This document shows, piece after piece, positions 24,532 through 32,164 of a stretch of 35,215 bases of DNA. Source of the DNA: Parcubacteria group bacterium. GTDB taxonomy: Bacteria; Patescibacteriota; Minisyncoccia; Phycocordibacterales; Zambryskibacteraceae. Each line of letters begins with the position of its first letter. Positions within the stretch are counted from its first letter, which is position 1. Made by a program: the position numbers and the translations under genes. The notes beneath the pieces are model-generated. The model did not search any database and was not told the DNA's origin. It was given only the letters and a program-made list of their open reading frames with translations. Where the stretch lies: the NCBI GenBank assembly GCA_028286805.1, contig JAQBQW010000025.1, forward strand, positions 1 through 35,215. Direction: 5' to 3'.

Positions 24532-24557
24532 AATCTCCCCGCTTTCGCGGGGAGATT
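24532..24557 (-). terminator. strong hairpin between the membrane-protein gene and the 504-aa gene (weak U-tract)
   Basis: Minus-strand AATCTCCCCGC-gaaa-GCGGGGAGATT followed by TGTTGT. The stem is perfect but the T-run is poor. Confidence 0.4.
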
Positions 24558-24589
24558 GCCTATTCGGGTATTATCTAGCTATACCAGAA

Positions 24590-25291
24590 TTAGTTGTGAT
24601 CGTGATGCTTGTCGCTCATCTCGCCTCGAAGACGTTCGATGAAACGGGATGCTGCATCCTGTCCGCCAAGACCGAATGAAAGTCCGAGGGCAAGAGAGAT
24701 AGCAATAACGATACCGGTGAAGAGAGTCTGTGAGAATGCTGCTGCGATACCGAGCTGCGAAAGCGCAACCAAGATAGCAAAGATCCAAACTGCCCATTTC
24801 GAAAGCGAACCTGCGAAATTTGCTGAATGAACTCCTGCTGTTCTTGCAGCAGTAACCACTACTCGTTCGATGATGTCCCCTACTACACCTCCGATGAGAA
24901 GGATAAGAGCGGCGACAATAACACGAGGAAGGTACGCGATGACCACTTCCTGGAGGAAGAGGTTAACCTGTGTAAGACCGAGAAGATCAAATACAGGAAT
25001 AAGAACTACCAAGATAACAAACCATTTGACCAAACCACCGATGAACGCACCTGCATCGAGGTTGATTCCACCTCGGCGAAGGAACGAGTCAAATCCTGCA
25101 CGTCGGAGCGCTTCATCAACGCGGAGCGAACGGAAGATCTGCCAGATAGCGCGGCCCAAGAGAGAACCGATAAGCCATCCGAGAATAAGGATAATGATCG
25201 CAATGATCAGGTTTGGGACAAAGTTCACAACTCCGATCCAGAGGTTCTGGAACGAAAGAGCCAACACTTCTCCCCAATTGTTAAGCAACAT
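24590..25291 (-). CDS. membrane protein with conserved-TM-helix repeats (CmpX / MscS N-terminal-like)
   Basis: 233 aa. Repeated hydrophobic helices are each preceded by short amphipathic segments (NFVPNLIIAIIILILGWLIG, LVKWFVILVVL, PRVIVAALILLIGGVVG, LSKWAVWIFAILVAL). The family call is by pattern only. Confidence 0.6.
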   Translation of the reverse strand: MLLNNWGEVLALSFQNLWIGVVNFVPNLIIAIIILILGWLIGSLLGRAIWQIFRSLRVDEALRRAGFDSFLRRGGINLDAGAFIGGLVKWFVILVVLIPVFDLLGLTQVNLFLQEVVIAYLPRVIVAALILLIGGVVGDIIERVVVTAARTAGVHSANFAGSLSKWAVWIFAILVALSQLGIAAAFSQTLFTGIVIAISLALGLSFGLGGQDAASRFIERLRGEMSDKHHDHN

Positions 25292-25397
25292 GTGTTACAA
25301 AAATGGTGTGCGAATGCACTTATTGGTAATGTACCTCTTTAGGGTAACGAATATAGTATACACCTTGTTCTTCCTTTCCAGGCAAGGGTGTGGATAG

Positions 25398-25955
25398 TTA
25401 TACCCCCAGTTTGTTCACAATTTTAATATGATTGAAATCGAGAATGTCTCTGATCAGCTTGTCATACAATCCGTATCTATACTGAAAATCCGCCGTTTCA
25501 AAGGAGGCATACCGAAGCTCTCTTCCGAGTTCTGCTTCCATGCTCTGAATAGCTGAGACGAGTACGCCTTTTTTAATATGATCCCCCACAACCAACAGAT
25601 CGACGCGCGCTTCTGAATCATGCAGAAACACTCCCGAGAGAAGAATCATCTTGATAACACCTGCCCGAGCGATCTTTTTAATAATTTCCTTGTCTGTCAG
25701 AGGACTGGCGTCGATAAGAAAGTGTTCGATAGCGGTCAAATATGGATAACTTTTATTTAACACATACCCCTTAGCCATCTTTTTAACTAGTCCGGCTACC
25801 GCAAGGTTTCTTAATTCTCTCGAAACAGTTGGTCTCTTCTCTTGGGTTCGGTCTGATACGGTCTGGGCATCAAAAGCAGCTTCTGGATTAAAAACAAAGA
25901 GGCGCATGACCTTTACCTTGGCCACTCCTCCGAATATATGGGAAACGGATTTCAT
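25398..25955 (-). CDS. winged-helix DNA-binding protein with a C-terminal domain weakly reminiscent of minimal nucleotidyltransferases
   Basis: 185 aa. The N-terminus (VSDRTQEKRPTVSRELRNLAVAGLVKK) looks like an ArsR/MarR-type wHTH. LSGVFLHDSEARVDLLVVGD loosely resembles the G[SG]...DxD NTase strand pair. Confidence 0.5.
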   Translation of the reverse strand: MKSVSHIFGGVAKVKVMRLFVFNPEAAFDAQTVSDRTQEKRPTVSRELRNLAVAGLVKKMAKGYVLNKSYPYLTAIEHFLIDASPLTDKEIIKKIARAGVIKMILLSGVFLHDSEARVDLLVVGDHIKKGVLVSAIQSMEAELGRELRYASFETADFQYRYGLYDKLIRDILDFNHIKIVNKLGV

Positions 25956-25961
25956 CTGGCC

Positions 25962-25967
25962 ATTCTA
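25962..25967 (-). promoter_or_regulatory. candidate -10 box with leaderless geometry
   Basis: Minus-strand TAGAAT (25967..25962), then exactly 6 nt before ATG 25955. No SD. Confidence 0.35.
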
Positions 25968-25995
25968 CACATATACCCCTGTCTGCGCCAGCGCA

Positions 25996-26020
25996 ACAAA
26001 AAACCGCCCGGAGGCGGTTT
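25996..26020 (-). terminator. intrinsic terminator after rplL
   Basis: Minus-strand AACCGCC-tccg-GGCGGTT followed by TTTTTG. Confidence 0.7.
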
Positions 26021-26039
26021 CATGTGTGAAACAGGGAGA

Positions 26040-26441
26040 TTACTTAAATGTAACCTTTCCTCCAGCTTCTTCAATTTTCTTTTTGAGTTCTTCTGCTTCT
26101 TCTTTCTTCATGTCTGCTTTGAGCATAGAAGGAGCTGCATCAACGAGGTCTTTTGCTTCCTTGAGACCAAGTCCGAGAACTTCCTTCACCACTTTGATGA
26201 CGGCGATCTTCTGCGCACCTCCGTCTGTAAGTTCAACGCCCATGCTTGATTTAGCTTCTTCGGCTTCACCGGCTCCTGCTGCAGGACCTGCGGCTGCAAC
26301 TGCTGTTGCTGAAACTCCGAATTTCTCTTCGAAGATCTTAACGAGTTCGTTGAGGTCGAGTACTGACATCTCTTCGATTTCTTTTACGATCTTTGCAAAC
26401 TTTGCGGGAACCGCTACGTCTGCTTTCTGTGCTTCGTCCAT
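26040..26441 (-). CDS. rplL: 50S ribosomal protein L7/L12
   Basis: 133 aa with an Ala-rich hinge ([17 protein letters not shown]) and the conserved C-terminal domain ([24 protein letters not shown]). Confidence 0.96.
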   Translation of the reverse strand: MDEAQKADVAVPAKFAKIVKEIEEMSVLDLNELVKIFEEKFGVSATAVAAAGPAAGAGEAEEAKSSMGVELTDGGAQKIAVIKVVKEVLGLGLKEAKDLVDAAPSMLKADMKKEEAEELKKKIEEAGGKVTFK

Positions 26442-26459
26442 TGTATTAATGTTAATTGA

Positions 26460-26945
26460 TTAAGATTTCTTTGCTGCTATCTGTCCGAGCGCGATAGCGA
26501 AACGCTGTATTGGAGAATTGATGATATTCACGAACATTCCTCGAAGAACCGGCGTGGTTGGGATGGTGGCGATGCCTTCCATCTCAGATTTTGTCATATA
26601 TCTTCCTTCAAACATTCCTCCAAGGATCTTTAATCCTTCGGGGAATTTTTTCTGGAATCCATATACACCTCGAGCCGGAGCGATGAGGTCTTCAGACCAC
26701 GCAAGCGCGAGTTCTCCGGTGAGTTCAGGCTGTACACCTTCGAACTTATCACCGAGGATACGTTTGGTTAAAGATTTCTTGGCAACTGAATATGAAACTC
26801 CCTCATTCTTGAGAGATTTTCGCATTGCTGTAGCTTCGGAAACTTTAAGACCGTGGAAGTTGACGAAGACCAATGATTTCGCGTCTTTGAGAGCTGCACT
26901 GAGCTTATCTACAATTGCTTCCTTCTTGGCTTTGGATATTGCCAT
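26460..26945 (-). CDS. rplJ: 50S ribosomal protein L10
   Basis: 161 aa (KAKKEAIVDKLSAALKDAKSLVFVNFHGLKVSEATAMRKSL...), immediately upstream of rplL. Confidence 0.95.
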   Translation of the reverse strand: MAISKAKKEAIVDKLSAALKDAKSLVFVNFHGLKVSEATAMRKSLKNEGVSYSVAKKSLTKRILGDKFEGVQPELTGELALAWSEDLIAPARGVYGFQKKFPEGLKILGGMFEGRYMTKSEMEGIATIPTTPVLRGMFVNIINSPIQRFAIALGQIAAKKS

Positions 26946-27067
26946 GCTGTTAATGGTTAACGAACAAAATAGACCCGTATAAGGCCTCGACTTCCAATAT
27001 GTAAATGGAGTGAGAGAGATCTCGGGAGGACTTATGGATGCCTCCTGTCTTAGACCTTACGGGGGTT

Positions 27068-27095
27068 ACTTTACCTTAATTTGTGAAAAATGCAA
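27068..27095 (-). promoter_or_regulatory. possible promoter of rplJ-rplL
   Basis: Minus-strand TTGCAT (27095..27090), 16 nt, TAAAGT (27073..27068), followed by a leader of about 120 nt. The match is weaker than the other promoters listed. Confidence 0.3.
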
Positions 27096-27097
27096 AT

Positions 27098-27127
27098 AAA
27101 AAAAGCCGGGCGCAATCTGCGCTCGAC
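27098..27127 (-). terminator. intrinsic terminator of the 104-aa cassette gene
   Basis: Minus-strand GTCGAGCGC-agatt-GCGCCCGGC (one G:U, one mismatch) followed by TTTTTTT. Confidence 0.55.
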
Positions 27128-27134
27128 TCAACCT

Positions 27135-27449
27135 TCACTGTGTATACCCGAAGGTTCTTTTTACGAAGCTAACCTTGTCCGCCGTCGACACATTCTTCAA
27201 TCGAACGTGTGTTCGGACTTCGATCAGCCTATCTACCAGTCTTTCTCCTTCAAGACATCGATTCAGACCTTGTCGTACAGCCAGGTCGCAGATCTTGGGG
27301 GCCAGATACGGATTCTTTAGAAGTGCTTGTCTCGCCAACTTACTGAAAGTTGAGATTTTACACCTTGCCTCCAGTAAATGTAGGAGTTTGTATGCACTTC
27401 TTCTTTTCTTTGAATCTACTGGTCTCTGCAGGGTCTGAGCCGATGCCAT
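27135..27449 (-). CDS. orphan basic 104-aa protein (GC-enriched single-gene cassette between rplB and rplJ)
   Basis: ATG 27449 (MASAQTLQRPVDSKKRRSAYKLLHLLEARC...), with GAGGTG 6 nt upstream. It has its own promoter and terminator. A sampled line (27241-27300) is 31/60 G+C. No recognisable family. Confidence 0.55.
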   Translation of the reverse strand: MASAQTLQRPVDSKKRRSAYKLLHLLEARCKISTFSKLARQALLKNPYLAPKICDLAVRQGLNRCLEGERLVDRLIEVRTHVRLKNVSTADKVSFVKRTFGYTQ

Positions 27450-27489
27450 CGAGCACACCTCGGTGAGAGTATGATCTATTCCTCAGACG

Positions 27490-27518
27490 ATACTCTCACA
27501 AGAGAAACATGAAGTCAA
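27490..27518 (-). promoter_or_regulatory. sigma70-type promoter of the 104-aa gene
   Basis: Minus-strand TTGACT (27518..27513), 17 nt, TGaGAGTAT (-10 at 27495..27490). An 8-bp inverted repeat GAGAGTAT/ATACTCTC (27497..27490 and 27472..27465) includes the -10. Confidence 0.55.
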
Positions 27519-27544
27519 AAAAGAATCCCACCTTGCGGCGGGAT
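27517..27544 (-). terminator. intrinsic terminator directly after rplB
   Basis: Minus-strand ATCCCGCC-gcaa-GGTGGGAT (GNRA loop) followed by TCTTTTTT, beginning 5 nt after the rplB stop. Confidence 0.7.
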
Positions 27545-27549
27545 CTTCT

Positions 27550-28389
27550 TTATTTCTTTCCAACCTTTCGTCTTCGAACGATAAACTTGTTTGAGTATTT
27601 TTTGGATCGGCGAGATTTCTGTCCCTTTCCTGTAGGTTTTCCGTATACGGAGATTGCACGCTTGCGTCCTCGACCCTGTCGTCCTTCTCCTCCTCCGTAT
27701 GGGTGGTCCACTGGGTTCTGCGCAGTTCCTCGAACTGTTGGGCGAATACCGAGCCATCGGGAACGTCCGGCTTTACCGAGGTTTGTTAATCGGTTTTCAT
27801 CATTTGAAACTTCTCCGATAGATGCCCATGCATTTTCAGGAACCTTACGAACTTCGCTTGATGGCATCTTGATGTCCACGTATCCCGCATCTTTCGCAGA
27901 GACTTCGGCGTAGTTGCCTCCTGAACGAGCTATTTTAGCTCCTCCTTGGTACTTAAGTTCAATATTGTATACAAATGTACCAACGGGGATATTCTTCAAA
28001 GGAAGGCGGTTTCCTGGGGTAAGGGCGGCGTTTTCGGAAGCGATAAAGGTATCTCCAACCTGTGCGGATTTGTGGATCAAAATGTATCGTCTTTCTCCAT
28101 CTTTGTATGCCACGAGTCCGATGAAACCGGAACGGTTTGGATCGTATTCAACGGTTTTAATGGTAAAAGGAATGTTTAATTTATTGTATGTGAAATCGAT
28201 ATCTCGGAAGAGTCTCTTGTGTCCACCTCCTTTGTGTCGAGTGGTAATACGTCCGGTGTTGTTTCGTCCGTTTGCTCGGCGAAAACCACGGGTCAAAGAT
28301 TTGACGGGTTCGCTCGACGTGATGAATTTCTTGAATTCAACGTGAGAAGTCTGGCGGCTCGATGGCGATGTTGGTTTGTATCTTTTCAT
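27550..28389 (-). CDS. rplB: 50S ribosomal protein L2
   Basis: 279 aa (…GRNNTGRITTRHKGGGHKR…, …HPYGGGEGR…), typical L2. Confidence 0.97.
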   Translation of the reverse strand: MKRYKPTSPSSRQTSHVEFKKFITSSEPVKSLTRGFRRANGRNNTGRITTRHKGGGHKRLFRDIDFTYNKLNIPFTIKTVEYDPNRSGFIGLVAYKDGERRYILIHKSAQVGDTFIASENAALTPGNRLPLKNIPVGTFVYNIELKYQGGAKIARSGGNYAEVSAKDAGYVDIKMPSSEVRKVPENAWASIGEVSNDENRLTNLGKAGRSRWLGIRPTVRGTAQNPVDHPYGGGEGRQGRGRKRAISVYGKPTGKGQKSRRSKKYSNKFIVRRRKVGKK

Positions 28390-28394
28390 GACTA

Positions 28395-28685
28395 TTATAT
28401 GACGTCGATCGTGTCGCCTTTCTTAAGGTAAATGTATGCTTTCTTTCCACCTCCCTTCACTCCGGCTTTTCCTCGTCGGAATACTTTCTTTGTTGGGATA
28501 GCAAGGAGACGAACTCGAAGAGGAGTAACCTTGAATGCATCTCGGATTGAAGCTTTGACAGAATTTTCTGTAGCATTATCTGCAACTTCGAAAACGTAGA
28601 CGCCTCGTGCATTAGACTGCAACGCCGCCTTTTCGGTAACTCGAGGACGAACAAGTACTGTATCTCGTTTAAGGTTGTGTGTCAT
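28395..28685 (-). CDS. rplW: 50S ribosomal protein L23
   Basis: 96 aa (LVRPRVTEKAALQSNARGVYVFEV...), in the expected operon position. Confidence 0.94.
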   Translation of the reverse strand: MTHNLKRDTVLVRPRVTEKAALQSNARGVYVFEVADNATENSVKASIRDAFKVTPLRVRLLAIPTKKVFRRGKAGVKGGGKKAYIYLKKGDTIDVI

Positions 28686-28690
28686 GGCAG

Positions 28691-29413
28691 TTATTTTGTT
28701 CGTACTTTACCCGACTTCGATTTGTTAGTAACTGCAGTCTTTGCAGCACCGAATAAATTCTGTCCAGGCAATACTTTGAAAGATTCTTCTGGGTTTTCGA
28801 TGATCACAAACTTGTGCTGGAGAAGAGTAAGAGGATGAAGGTTTCGTGCTTCGAGTACTTCCATGTTTCCAAGGTTAGACATGGATCGTTCAACTGAAGT
28901 GTTTTTTGTTGAAAGGGCAACCACCGCTGCATTTTTCTTTTTCTTTGAGATCATTTCAAATCCTTTGATCGAAGCGAGGGTTCCGAATGCAGCAAGAGCT
29001 GATTTGGTTTTTGCTTCAGGGAATGCAATTGAGTCCACAAACAACACTTCTCCGTCTCGATATTTTCGGGAAAGGATGGTGAAGAAAGCTTTGGCTTTCA
29101 TCTTCTTTGAAACTTTGCGGTCAAAGTTCTTTTCGTTTCGTGGTCCGTGAGTTACTCCTCCTCCAACCCAGATAGGTGATCGTGAAGAACCGTGTCGTGC
29201 GCGTCCGGTTCCCTTCTGCTGCCAAGGCTTCTTTCCTCCTCCGCGAACGTCTGCACGGTTTTTAGTGTGTGCAACGGTTTTTCGTTTTGCAGACATGAGA
29301 GATGTCGCAACCTGATGCACCAAGTCTGAATTCCAAGGAAGTCCAAAGAGCTCGTCACGAAGAGTGACGTTTCCTGATTCCTTTCCTTTGATATCGTAGA
29401 CTTTTGCTTCCAT
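28691..29413 (-). CDS. rplD: 50S ribosomal protein L4
   Basis: ATG 29413 (MEAKVYDIKGKESGNVTL...) lies 1 nt after the rplC stop. The track's longer start at 29464 lies inside rplC. The 240-aa product has a C-terminal extension. Confidence 0.93.
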   Translation of the reverse strand: MEAKVYDIKGKESGNVTLRDELFGLPWNSDLVHQVATSLMSAKRKTVAHTKNRADVRGGGKKPWQQKGTGRARHGSSRSPIWVGGGVTHGPRNEKNFDRKVSKKMKAKAFFTILSRKYRDGEVLFVDSIAFPEAKTKSALAAFGTLASIKGFEMISKKKKNAAVVALSTKNTSVERSMSNLGNMEVLEARNLHPLTLLQHKFVIIENPEESFKVLPGQNLFGAAKTAVTNKSKSGKVRTK

Positions 29414-29414
29414 G

Positions 29415-30032
29415 TTATTTTTGTTTGATTTCAACAAGAGTGCCTCGGCGTCCTGGAACTGCACCTCGAATCATAATTTCATTCGTTTCAGGAATAATCT
29501 TAATAATTCTTTGGTTGGTAACAGTAACACGATCCCCTCCCATTCGGCCAGCCATGCGCATACCCGCCATAACTCGACCTCCCGCTCGTCCGCCTCCTCC
29601 AATAGATCCGGGTTCACGTTCAGAGTGTTTCTGTCCGTGTGAACGACGTCCTCCTTTGAAACCGTGTCGCTTCACCACTCCTTGGAAACCTTTTCCTTTT
29701 GAAACGGCGGTAACGGTAACCATGTCCCCTTCAGAGAAGATAGAGGTGTCGAGAGTAGATCCAACTTCTGGAGTTGTATCTGCATCTTTTACTCGATATT
29801 CCTTGAGGTGAGCATGCTTCGCTCCTTTCATGTGACCCAAGAGGGCTTTAGAAATATTCTTTTCTTTCTTCGTACCGGCTGCCACTTGAACAGCTTTATA
29901 TCCGTCTCGTGCAGAGTCTCTGACCAAAGTAACGGTAACAGGAGCAGCCTGAAGGACCGTCACAGGAAAGGCTTTTCCTGCTTCATTGAAGACTTGGGTC
30001 ATATTTACTTTTTTGGCAAGAAGAAATTTCAT
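29415..30032 (-). CDS. rplC: 50S ribosomal protein L3
   Basis: 205 aa (KKVNMTQVFNEAGKAFPVTVLQA...), typical L3. Confidence 0.96.
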   Translation of the reverse strand: MKFLLAKKVNMTQVFNEAGKAFPVTVLQAAPVTVTLVRDSARDGYKAVQVAAGTKKEKNISKALLGHMKGAKHAHLKEYRVKDADTTPEVGSTLDTSIFSEGDMVTVTAVSKGKGFQGVVKRHGFKGGRRSHGQKHSEREPGSIGGGGRAGGRVMAGMRMAGRMGGDRVTVTNQRIIKIIPETNEIMIRGAVPGRRGTLVEIKQK

Positions 30033-30047
30033 GTCTGTATCTGTCTC

Positions 30048-30413
30048 TTATACTAGCTTTACGTCAATGTTTACACCGGAAGGCAAACTAAGGTTTGTGA
30101 GAGATTCGATAATCTTTGGTGTGGGATTAACAATATCGATGAGTCTTTTGTGGATTCGCATTTCAAACTGTTCTCGCGCGTTTTTATATACGAATGCCGC
30201 TCGGTTCACCGTGTATTTCTTAATCTCCGTTGGCAAAGGAATCGGACCCTGAATTGTCGCATCGTAGCGAAGCGCAGTGTCGATAATCTGCTTAACCGAG
30301 ACATCGAGGATCTTAGACTCATAGGCACGAACACGGATGCGGAGCATTGAAGATTCTCCTTCTCCGGTCTTTGCTTTGGGGGTCTTTTTAGCTTTGGTCT
30401 CTGAAGGTGTCAT
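30048..30413 (-). CDS. rpsJ: 30S ribosomal protein S10
   Basis: The core [25 protein letters not shown]... is typical S10. The ORF carries 22 extra Lys-rich N-terminal codons, so the true start may be ATG 30347. Confidence 0.92.
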   Translation of the reverse strand: MTPSETKAKKTPKAKTGEGESSMLRIRVRAYESKILDVSVKQIIDTALRYDATIQGPIPLPTEIKKYTVNRAAFVYKNAREQFEMRIHKRLIDIVNPTPKIIESLTNLSLPSGVNIDVKLV

Positions 30414-30433
30414 TGTAAGGTGCTGAGGAAAAC

Positions 30434-31627
30434 TTAGGCGACGATCTTGGTCACAACTCCCGCTCCCACAGTCTTACCTCCTTCTCGGATGGTGAAGCGC
30501 TGCTGGTCTTCAATGGCAACTGGGGCTACCAATTTAACTTTGAAGGTAACGGTGTCTCCTGGCATAACCATTTCAACTCCTTCGGCCAAAGTAACTTCTC
30601 CGGTAACGTCAGTTGTACGAACGTAGAACTGAGGTTTGTATCCGGTGAAGAATGGAGTGTGGCGTCCGCCTTCTTCTTTCTTCAAGATGTAGACTTCTGC
30701 TGTGAATTCAGTGTGAGGAGTAACGGAACCTGGTTTTGCAAGCACCTGTCCTCGGTGGAGGTCTTCTTTCTTAACACCTCGGAGAAGGATTCCGGCGTTG
30801 TCTCCGGCTTGTCCCTGCTGAAGCTGCTTGTTGAACATTTCGATACCGGTGATAGTTGTCTTCGAAGTATCTTTGATACCGACGATTTCAACTTCTTCAC
30901 CAACCTTACAAACACCTCTTTCAATACGTCCGGTTACCACTGTTCCACGACCTTCGATAGAGAAGATATCTTCGATAGGCATGAGGAAAGGCTTGTCGAG
31001 TTCACGAACAGGCATTGGAATGTATGTGTCGAGAGCATCTGCAAGTTCAAGGATCTTCTTGGACCATTCGTCTTCGTTTGATGTAGCTTCGAGTGCCTTA
31101 AGAGCTGAACCTCGGATAACGGGAGCATTTTCTCCGTCGAAATCGTATTTCTTCAAAAGGTCGCGAACTTCTTCTTCAACGAGGTCGATGAGTTCAACAT
31201 CAGGAACCATGTCACATTTGTTCAAGAAAACGATGATTTTAGGCACTCCAACCTGCTTAGCAAGGAGAATGTGCTCACGAGTCTGAGGCATAACACCGTC
31301 AGTAGCGGCAACCACGAGGACTGCACCGTCCATCTGAGCTGCACCGGTAATCATGTTTTTGATGTAGTCGGCGTGTCCAGGGGCGTCGATGTGAGCGTAG
31401 TGACGTGCGTCAGTTTCGTATTCTGAGTGTGAAAGAGAAATCGTAATACCTCGAGCCTTTTCCTCAGGGCTCTTGTCGATATCGTTAACAGACTTAACAG
31501 TTGCCATCTTACCCGCGCGGTGAAGCACGTTAAGGATTGCGGCGGTGAGGGTGGTCTTACCGTGGTCAACGTGTCCGATGGTACCTACGTTGACGTGTGG
31601 CTTTGATCGATCAAATTCTGCGGCCAT
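30434..31627 (-). CDS. tuf: elongation factor Tu
   Basis: 397 aa with [15 protein letters not shown] and NKCD GTPase motifs. Confidence 0.98.
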   Translation of the reverse strand: MAAEFDRSKPHVNVGTIGHVDHGKTTLTAAILNVLHRAGKMATVKSVNDIDKSPEEKARGITISLSHSEYETDARHYAHIDAPGHADYIKNMITGAAQMDGAVLVVAATDGVMPQTREHILLAKQVGVPKIIVFLNKCDMVPDVELIDLVEEEVRDLLKKYDFDGENAPVIRGSALKALEATSNEDEWSKKILELADALDTYIPMPVRELDKPFLMPIEDIFSIEGRGTVVTGRIERGVCKVGEEVEIVGIKDTSKTTITGIEMFNKQLQQGQAGDNAGILLRGVKKEDLHRGQVLAKPGSVTPHTEFTAEVYILKKEEGGRHTPFFTGYKPQFYVRTTDVTGEVTLAEGVEMVMPGDTVTFKVKLVAPVAIEDQQRFTIREGGKTVGAGVVTKIVA

Positions 31628-31808
31628 AATTTATGTAATAAGTAATGAGTAAATTTAAGTGAGTTCTGAAACGGAGGGAAAGCGCGAGAACACTGTTTCT
31701 CTTCGGTTCAGAAGCGAACAAACCGCTTAACAGAGCCTTTTTTATTCGGTCCAATAGAGAAAATCCCTCAAAGAGCCAAATCAAAACGACACGTAATGCG
31801 TAACGGCT

Positions 31809-31836
31809 ATCTTAGCAAAGGGCTGGGAATAGTCAA
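31809..31836 (-). promoter_or_regulatory. sigma70-type promoter of tuf / S10 operon
   Basis: Minus-strand TTGACT (31836..31831), 16 nt, TGcTAAGAT (-10 at 31814..31809), followed by a leader of about 180 nt. Confidence 0.5.
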
Positions 31837-31848
31837 GGCTCGTAAGGA

Positions 31849-31879
31849 TAATAAAAGACCCTCTTCCGAAGAAGGGGTC
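31849..31879 (-). terminator. intrinsic terminator of the two-gene module
   Basis: Minus-strand GACCCCTTC-ttcg-GAAGAGGGTC (one bulge) followed by TTTTATTAT. Confidence 0.65.
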
Positions 31880-31891
31880 GAGTTGTACCAA

Positions 31892-32164
31892 TTAGAGCGT
31901 CCAGCGAAGCTCTTGCTTGTCGAAAACTACACCCCGCAGGCACCTTACAATGCGCCATTCGATGCCCGCGCTCTTGAGAACCCGGTTTATGTGGTTCGTG
32001 TTGTTTCGTAAAGCCACACGCCGCCCCTGCCACACCTTCACGGAAATTCGATTGCCGTGATCGAGGCAGGAAATGATCTCGTCATGTCTCCTTTCGGGAA
32101 ACAGGCTTCGAATCCGATCGAGAGTTTCCCCTGTCGGATACTTCCCGTCTGAGATATCGCTCAT
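31892..32164 (-). CDS. orphan 90-aa protein (second gene of the overlapping pair)
   Basis: MSDISDGKYPTGETLDRIRSLFPERRHDEIISCLDHGNR... Its ATG overlaps the upstream stop (ATGA, 32164..32161). No recognisable family. Confidence 0.5.
   Translation of the reverse strand: MSDISDGKYPTGETLDRIRSLFPERRHDEIISCLDHGNRISVKVWQGRRVALRNNTNHINRVLKSAGIEWRIVRCLRGVVFDKQELRWTL

Noticed and set aside
24827-25397. 171- and 175-aa plus-strand ORFs antisense to the TM-helix-repeat membrane protein
   Set aside because: The minus-strand product has coherent TM helices. The plus-strand products are Arg/Asn/Ser/Thr-rich with no structure-like pattern.
25906-26463. 185-aa plus-strand ORF antisense to rplL
   Set aside because: It is an Ala/Ser/Thr-rich mirror of the conserved L7/L12 gene, so a shadow ORF.
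26946-27067. Ribosomal protein L10 leader (autoregulatory RNA) upstream of rplJ
   Set aside because: A GGAGG/CCTCC hairpin is present in the ~120-nt leader. I cannot match it to the known L10-leader consensus without a covariance-model search, so it is not annotated.
27509-28345. Plus-strand ORFs 27509..27913 and 27914..28345 antisense to rplB
   Set aside because: They lie inside the unambiguous L2 gene and have no expression signals.
31628-31808. tRNA gene(s) upstream of tuf
   Set aside because: No GTTCRANYC-type T-loop, acceptor stem or anticodon arm could be found on either strand.
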